Shown in pieces: positions 58,241 through 64,000 of a stretch of DNA of 64,000 nt. The notes beneath the pieces were generated by a model. It was not told the DNA's origin and did no database searches. It saw only the letters and a program-made list of their open reading frames with translations. Origin of the DNA: Candidatus Latescibacterota bacterium (lineage in GTDB: Bacteria; Latescibacterota; UBA2968). Position numbers and translations under genes: made by a program. The stretch is from positions 928,001-992,000 of the forward strand of contig OZ220741.1 of assembly GCA_965116885.1 (NCBI GenBank), in the 5' to 3' direction. Each line of letters opens with the position of its first letter. Position 1 is the stretch's first letter.

Positions 58241-59659
58241 TCACACTTCCCACGCCGGAATCGTTCCCGCAGTTGGGCCATCTTTCACCAGAAGCTGTTT
58301 GCCATCTGTAAAGCCCTCGGGGCGCCCGACCAATTCCCCAACAAGACGGGACCGCCACATTGCGATCTCGTCCGCCCACCCTGGATCATCCGCCAGATTA
58401 TTCATCTCACATGGATCATTTTCCACATCGAAAAACAGCTCTCGCCCCTGCCCTGGCAAATACGCGAACTTGCGTTTGCCATCCGTCACATACTGCATCC
58501 CGCTATTCGACGTAGGCACACTCGCGCACTCGCCATGCACATAATCTCGCCATTCTGCTTGTGAATCGCGAATAATCGGCAACACACTCTCTCCATCCAC
58601 CGTATCCGGAATCGGAACCCCCACTGCATCGAGCAACGTCGGCATAATATCCATCAACTCAACCGGACGCTCGATCACCTGCTCCTGCGGCAACCCCAAA
58701 CCACTGGGAAACTTCATCAACAGCGGAACCCGCGCAGACGGCTCAAAAGGATTGCGCTTTCGCAGCCACTGATGATCCCCCAGCATCTCCCCGTGATCGG
58801 ACGCAAACACCACAATCGTATTATTCGGCAACACGCGACCACTCACCAGACGCGCAATCTGGTGATCGATATGCTCGACACACCCGTAATAGCCCGCCCG
58901 CGTCGCCTTCATAACCGGCGGATCCAGACACAGGCGCCAGCACTCCGGCTGCAACCCCCGCACAGGACCGTCAAAAACCCGCGCCCAATCCCCCACATAC
59001 GGCTCGGGCAAATCCATCGCCATATACTTATCAAAATAATGCGCGGGCGGCGTAACCGGCTGGTGCGGATGGATAAAATTAACCGCCAAAAACCACGGCT
59101 GATCTCCCCTTTGCGAATCGATAAACTCCAGCCCCTTTTGCGTACACCAATTGGTAAAATGCAAATGCTCATCCAAATGCCATGGACGCCCTGGAAAACC
59201 ATTGCTATACATCCCGTGCGCATCGGAAGCCCGGTGCCACGCCGCACCATTCTCGCGCACATACTTCTGATAATCATTATCAACCCCTGAAATCGGACTA
59301 TCCGCCCATTCTGCGGAATCAAACCCGAGCTCCCTCGCAGGCGGACCCCAGTGGGCCTTGCCGGACAGATGGGTGCGATACCCCGCATCGCGCAAAACCC
59401 CGGGCAACGTCGGCCACGGCAGCGGTGCCGATGCATTTTGAAGCGCACCGTGATTGCTCGGCTTGCGCCCCGTAATCACCGTACGGCGAGCCGGCACACA
59501 CACCGGACAAGCCGAATAAGCGTGGCGAAAACGCACCCCCGACGCAGCCATATAGTCCAGATTGGGCGTCTGCAACACGGGATGGCCCTCAATACCCAGG
59601 CAATCGCCGCGCTGCTGATCCGTCATAATAAGTAAAATATTGGGTCTGTTATCTGGCAT
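58241..59659 (-). CDS. Sulfatase (FGly-dependent, Cys type)
   Basis: PNILLIMTDQ, CVPAR, GKAH, SDHG. Confidence 0.9.
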   Translation of the reverse strand: MPDNRPNILLIMTDQQRGDCLGIEGHPVLQTPNLDYMAASGVRFRHAYSACPVCVPARRTVITGRKPSNHGALQNASAPLPWPTLPGVLRDAGYRTHLSGKAHWGPPARELGFDSAEWADSPISGVDNDYQKYVRENGAAWHRASDAHGMYSNGFPGRPWHLDEHLHFTNWCTQKGLEFIDSQRGDQPWFLAVNFIHPHQPVTPPAHYFDKYMAMDLPEPYVGDWARVFDGPVRGLQPECWRLCLDPPVMKATRAGYYGCVEHIDHQIARLVSGRVLPNNTIVVFASDHGEMLGDHQWLRKRNPFEPSARVPLLMKFPSGLGLPQEQVIERPVELMDIMPTLLDAVGVPIPDTVDGESVLPIIRDSQAEWRDYVHGECASVPTSNSGMQYVTDGKRKFAYLPGQGRELFFDVENDPCEMNNLADDPGWADEIAMWRSRLVGELVGRPEGFTDGKQLLVKDGPTAGTIPAWEV

Positions 59660-59665
59660 CCTTTT

Positions 59666-60379
59666 TTATCCTTTCTGAAAATGGTGCATACAAATCGCGG
59701 CAGCGGCAGACACATTCAGAGACCCGACAGCACCGCGGGATGGAATGCGGCATACCTCGTCGCACTTATCGCGCGTAAGGCGTCGCATCCCGCTCTCCTC
59801 ATTCCCCAGCACCAGAAGCCAGGAACGATCTGCCGAAAACGCGCTCAAATCCTTCTCCGCATGCTCAGAAGTCCCCAAAACCCACAAACCCGCATCCTTG
59901 GCAACATCCAACGCCCGGCTCAGATTCGTCTGAACAGAAAACGGAACATACTCAACCCCGCCCGAAGCAACATCGTACGCCGCGCCCGTCAACGAAGCGG
60001 AACGATCTCGACTAAGCAAAACACCGCGCACCCCAAAAAAAGCCGCCGTGCGAAAAATCGCACCCAAATTTTGCGGATCCTGAACCGTATCCAGCGCCAA
60101 AAAAAGACCCGCACTATCGGCAAACAACGCCGCGAGATCACAACCCGGATGTTCTTTAACCGCAGCTTCCGCATCTCCCCCGCGAGACCGACCCTGCCGC
60201 ACAGCCCCCTGTTCACCCCGCCCAAAAAACACGCGCACCCCGACCTCCTCTGCCCGTTCCCGCACAGTTCTCCACGCGCCACCGCCCTGTTTGGCAGGCA
60301 ATCGAATCTCGAAAACATCCTGCGGACGCTTTTTCAGCACAGCCAGAATACTGTGCGGATTTTTGAGATAAATCGGCAT
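59666..60379 (-). CDS. TrmH/SpoU family RNA 2'-O-methyltransferase (RlmB-like)
   Basis: DPQNLGAIFR, LGNEESG, SLNVS. Confidence 0.88.
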   Translation of the reverse strand: MPIYLKNPHSILAVLKKRPQDVFEIRLPAKQGGGAWRTVRERAEEVGVRVFFGRGEQGAVRQGRSRGGDAEAAVKEHPGCDLAALFADSAGLFLALDTVQDPQNLGAIFRTAAFFGVRGVLLSRDRSASLTGAAYDVASGGVEYVPFSVQTNLSRALDVAKDAGLWVLGTSEHAEKDLSAFSADRSWLLVLGNEESGMRRLTRDKCDEVCRIPSRGAVGSLNVSAAAAICMHHFQKG

Positions 60380-60384
60380 TGTCT

Positions 60385-60870
60385 CTATTTGCTCTCAAAC
60401 CTATCGACTCTCGGCACGCGCTCTTCCAACTCAATCTGTGACGTGACGGGCTGCGTTCCAGCGCCGTAAAAATAAACCAGATTCCCACCCGTATATCCCG
60501 CCGCGCACACCAGACCCGCGGTAACAAGACCAAACACGAGATACACATAGCGAATAACACCGACAAATTTCTTCTTTAAAACAAAATGCGTGCGTACCAG
60601 TGCCAGAGCAACAGCTAAAAACGCGGTAACCGTACCCAGCGTATCGTGATCGTCTAAATCTGCGGCAATACCATCGATATGTTGTGCAACCTCGGCAGCA
60701 CTATCCCCTGTGAGTGCGACCGGAATCGCGGTCAAAGCACCCAGTGAAAAAAGCAAAAACCCGGCTCTCAAAAAAAAATCGCGGCCATTTAATATCCCAA
60801 TCGCATCGCAAACAACACCGACGACCAGCAATGCAATGGGAAAATGTGCGATAAGAGGGTGGATATCCAT
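60385..60870 (-). CDS. DUF2231 family membrane protein
   Basis: IHPLIAHFPIAL, ALTG, H, GYTGG.LV..YG.G. Confidence 0.8.
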   Translation of the reverse strand: MDIHPLIAHFPIALLVVGVVCDAIGILNGRDFFLRAGFLLFSLGALTAIPVALTGDSAAEVAQHIDGIAADLDDHDTLGTVTAFLAVALALVRTHFVLKKKFVGVIRYVYLVFGLVTAGLVCAAGYTGGNLVYFYGAGTQPVTSQIELEERVPRVDRFESK

Positions 60871-60893
60871 GACGGGAAATGAGATCGTTTTCT

Positions 60894-61508
60894 TTATGGG
60901 CGCAAGTCGAGTTGCAGCGGCTCTGCATATCGCGGGTCTGCAACGGGCTGTCCCGGCCACGCGCCTTCCAGGAACGTAATGCTATTATAGAAATCGTCCA
61001 ATGCGATAAACTTTCCATTCTCCTCTGCCCATTCTCGCATGCGGCGGTTGCAACTGTGACGCCATGACAGCACTTCTATATCCCAGCCCCTGCCATGCAT
61101 GCGCTCTATATCCGCGTGAAATCCAACGCCATCGACAAAGCCACTGCCATCGCCCGTGAGCAAGACAGCAATACCCGGTACGCCATTGTAATCTACAGTA
61201 TCTCGAAGCATAATCGTTTGCAAAACTTGATCCACGCCCTGTTCGCTGCCGTGCAAGGCCCCGCGTTCCAACAACTGCACCTCAACATCCTCATTCTCGA
61301 GGCGATTCCACATCTGGCGCAACTCTGGTGGAATAGAGCCAACAGCTATCGCCCGCTCAATCGGTCGGCCTGCATGTGCCAAAGCGAGAAGATTGCGAAA
61401 ATGAATACGCACGCGAGCGCGAGCGGACTCCCCCTCGCGCTCTGCAGCGGTCTCCTGCGCGCTAATAAAAATATTGGAATTATCCAAATAGATGAAAACC
61501 TTCTTCAT
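60894..61508 (-). CDS. NYN domain (PIN-like) protein
   Basis: YLDNSN, EQGVD, LLTGDG, GWDIEV, FIALD. Confidence 0.8.
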   Translation of the reverse strand: MKKVFIYLDNSNIFISAQETAAEREGESARARVRIHFRNLLALAHAGRPIERAIAVGSIPPELRQMWNRLENEDVEVQLLERGALHGSEQGVDQVLQTIMLRDTVDYNGVPGIAVLLTGDGSGFVDGVGFHADIERMHGRGWDIEVLSWRHSCNRRMREWAEENGKFIALDDFYNSITFLEGAWPGQPVADPRYAEPLQLDLRP

Positions 61509-61644
61509 GGATCCAATTCTCCTGTGAAACGACCCTGAACTTTCAAAATGTGAAGTAAAAAAACTATTTCAATCCCGCGAAAAATCCATTACAATGGGCG
61601 GATTAAGATATAAACAAACAAGCCCCACCACAAGGAAGGATTGC

Positions 61645-62976
61645 ATGAACGACCGACCAAACATCTTATTTATGCACTCGCACAACACCGGAACCTATAT
61701 TGAACCCTATGGACACGCCGTACCAACGCCACACCTGCAGCAACTATCAGAACAAGGCGTCTTATTTCGACGGGCGTATGCCACGGCCCCCACCTGTTCG
61801 CCCAGCAGAGCCAGCTTCTTAACCGGCATGTATCCCCATACATGTGGCATGACGGGCCTTGCACACCGCGGCTTTGCCATGTCCAATTACGACTGGCATG
61901 CAGCCCGTATCTTCAAGACACATGGCTACTTCACCGCAACCGCAGGCGTGGAACACACCGCGCCGGACCTGGACACCATTGGATACGACGAAATCCTCTC
62001 TGGCCTGGACACAAATTACCCCGGCCAGCCCAAATGGATCGAACCCGCGGATGCCGTCGTAGATTTCATAAAAAACGCACCCCAACAACCCTTCTTCCTC
62101 AACCTCGGCTTAAACGAAACGCACCGGCCATTTCACAGTGCCGAACCCGACAAATACCCCGCAGAACGCGAACAATACTGCATCCCACCCCGGCCCCTGC
62201 CCGACACACCGGAAACCCGCGCCGACACAGCAGACTACAAAGCCTCTGCACGCATCATGGACAACCACTACGGCAACGTACTCGCAGCACTCGAAGAAAC
62301 CGGCCTATCCGACAACACCCTCGTATGCTGCTTTGCCGACCACGGCTTGCAATTTCCGCGCAACATGTGCAACCTGACAGACCACGGCATCGGCGTGTAC
62401 CTCATCATACGCGGACCGGGCGGATTTGAAGGCGGAAAAGTCATAAACGCGATGGTCAGCTTAATGGACCTGTTACCCACCGCATATCGCGCTGCCAGCA
62501 TTGAAATCCCCGCCCACGTACAGGGAAAATCCCTACACCCTCTGATAAATGAAGACAGCCACCGGGAAGAAATCTTTTCAGAAGTCACCTATCACGCCGC
62601 GTATGAACCCATGCGCAGCATCCGCACGGAGCGATACAAATATATCCGGCGATACGACAACCGCGACAAACTCGTATTGCCCAACGTGGATGACACCCCC
62701 ACAAAAGCCTTCTTACTCAAACAAAACTGGGAAAAATTGCCGCGGGATCAGGAAATGTTATACGACCTCATATTTGACCCCGATGAAACGCACAACATCA
62801 TTGACCGGGAAGACATGGCACCTGTGCGGAAGGACCTGAGCCATCGAATGCACGCATGGATGGCAGAAACGAATGACCCCCTCTTGCCAGACGGACACAT
62901 CGCCGCACCGGGCGGATCTAAAGTCAACAACTCCGATGGCCGCTCGCCGAATGAGACGCCGGAGGTTATGGTGTAG
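61645..62976 (+). CDS. Sulfatase (FGly-dependent, Cys type)
   Basis: PNILF, CSPSRASFLTG, ETHRP, ADHG, LYDL..DPDE. Confidence 0.9.
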   Translation: MNDRPNILFMHSHNTGTYIEPYGHAVPTPHLQQLSEQGVLFRRAYATAPTCSPSRASFLTGMYPHTCGMTGLAHRGFAMSNYDWHAARIFKTHGYFTATAGVEHTAPDLDTIGYDEILSGLDTNYPGQPKWIEPADAVVDFIKNAPQQPFFLNLGLNETHRPFHSAEPDKYPAEREQYCIPPRPLPDTPETRADTADYKASARIMDNHYGNVLAALEETGLSDNTLVCCFADHGLQFPRNMCNLTDHGIGVYLIIRGPGGFEGGKVINAMVSLMDLLPTAYRAASIEIPAHVQGKSLHPLINEDSHREEIFSEVTYHAAYEPMRSIRTERYKYIRRYDNRDKLVLPNVDDTPTKAFLLKQNWEKLPRDQEMLYDLIFDPDETHNIIDREDMAPVRKDLSHRMHAWMAETNDPLLPDGHIAAPGGSKVNNSDGRSPNETPEVMV

Positions 62977-62983
62977 GGCGGGG

Positions 62984-63066
62984 ACCTACCCCCTAACCCC
63001 CTTCCTACAAGGAAGGGGGAACCAAGTCTCCCCTCCCCGTCTCGGGGAGGAGCCGGGGGAGGGGTT
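62984..63066. repeat. GC-rich double-hairpin intergenic element
   Basis: CCCCCTTCCT-ACA-AGGAAGGGGG and CCTCCCCG-TCT-CGGGGAGG enclosed by imperfect terminal inverted repeats. Confidence 0.55.
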
Positions 63067-63103
63067 TCAATAAATTTAAAACAACTTCTAAAAGGAGACA
63101 CCC

Positions 63104-64000
63104 ATGAAAATGCAAGCATCGCTACTCTATGAACCGGGAAGGCCATTGGAAGTGGCGGACCTGGACCTGGAAGGACCGAAGGAAGACGAAGTCATGGTGC
63201 GGATGATCGCCACTGGCGTATGTCACAGTTGTTTGCACGTCGTAGATGGCAGCTGGACTGGATTTCCAATGCCCATGGTATTGGGCGATGAAGGGGCTGG
63301 AATCGTCGAAGAAGTGGGACCCGGCGTTCGACATATAAAACCCGGCGACCACGTCATCCTATCCTGGGCATCCACATGCGGGCGCTGTCACTACTGCGCA
63401 ACCGGACTATCGCACCTGTGTGAACGCACCCCCCCGGGCAAAGGCGTATTAATGGACGGCACATCCAGAATGAAAATAAAAGGCCAAACCGTGTACCACT
63501 ACGGACCCGCGTGCAGCTACGCCTCATACTCCGTCATGCCCGCCTCCTGTGCCGTCCCCATCCGGGAAGACATGCCCCTCGAAGTAGCCGCCTTAATCGG
63601 CTGTTCCGTCATGACCGGCGTAGGCTCCGTCATCAACACCGCAGCCGTAACGCCCGGAGCCAGCATAGCCGTATTCGGCACCGGGGGAATTGGCCTCAAC
63701 GTCATACAGGGCGGAACCCTCGTACAGGCACACCCCATCATAGCCGTCGATATCAACCCCGCCAAACTGGAATACGCAAAATCCTTTGGCGCGACACACA
63801 CCATAGACGCCAGCAAAGAAAATCCGGTCGAAGCCATAAAAGACCTCACCGGACGCGGGGCGGATTATTCATTTGTAGCAGTCGGCAACGCGCAAGTCAT
63901 CAATCAAGCCTGGGACTGTCTCGCATCCAGGGGCCAGTGCCTGCTCATCGGCCTGCCCCCAACCGGCTCCACCGTCACATTTGACACCGGCAACCTCCAA
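63104..64000 (+). CDS. Zinc-dependent alcohol dehydrogenase (MDR family), 3'-truncated by window edge
   Basis: Manual translation: AAGGAG RBS, GVCHSC, GDEGAG, CGRCHYC..C structural Zn site, IGCSVMTG, FGTGGIG. Confidence 0.9.
   Translation, partial: MKMQASLLYEPGRPLEVADLDLEGPKEDEVMVRMIATGVCHSCLHVVDGSWTGFPMPMVLGDEGAGIVEEVGPGVRHIKPGDHVILSWASTCGRCHYCATGLSHLCERTPPGKGVLMDGTSRMKIKGQTVYHYGPACSYASYSVMPASCAVPIREDMPLEVAALIGCSVMTGVGSVINTAAVTPGASIAVFGTGGIGLNVIQGGTLVQAHPIIAVDINPAKLEYAKSFGATHTIDASKENPVEAIKDLTGRGADYSFVAVGNAQVINQAWDCLASRGQCLLIGLPPTGSTVTFDTGNLQ

Noticed and set aside
1..64000. tRNA, rRNA, transposase or integrase genes
   Set aside because: None recognised by eye; tRNAscan-SE, Infernal and ISEScan runs would be needed to exclude them fully.

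Overview
A 64-kb bacterial chromosomal segment with about 50 CDS. I found no rRNA, tRNA, CRISPR array or transposase. FlgD/T9SS-like C-terminal domains, dockerin/EF-hand-like tags, a short RpoD/SigA-type sigma factor, five PhyH-family dioxygenases and two sulfatases suggest an FCB-group lineage such as Latescibacterota/Gemmatimonadota, possibly host- or sponge-associated (inference only). Housekeeping genes (glgC, glnD, rho, rpmE2, prfA, prmC, polyprenyl synthase, secDF, acnA, gpmI, cysC, queF) are interleaved with accessory blocks: three tandem secreted double-Cache-domain paralogs, two tandem secreted HEXXH metallopeptidases, a GH10 xylanase, a redoxin plus copper monooxygenase pair, and a VapBC locus with orphan antitoxin-like genes. 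The most notable observations are: (1) a tandem QueF pair in which the upstream copy has lost the catalytic Cys/Asp, matching the two modules of bimodular QueF; (2) three PhyH-fold enzymes with HxG/HxN in place of HxD, a halogenase-like signature; (3) a readable sigma-54 promoter with enhancer and IHF sites upstream of a PTS-EIIA gene and a sigma-70 gene, next to a kinase/NtrC pair; (4) secreted Cache proteins with no signalling output and mosaic C-termini; (5) mosaics of GTAG- and CGTC-type REP elements with an attached, expandable ACGAATAG octamer array. All calls come from reading motifs by eye; no database searches were run.
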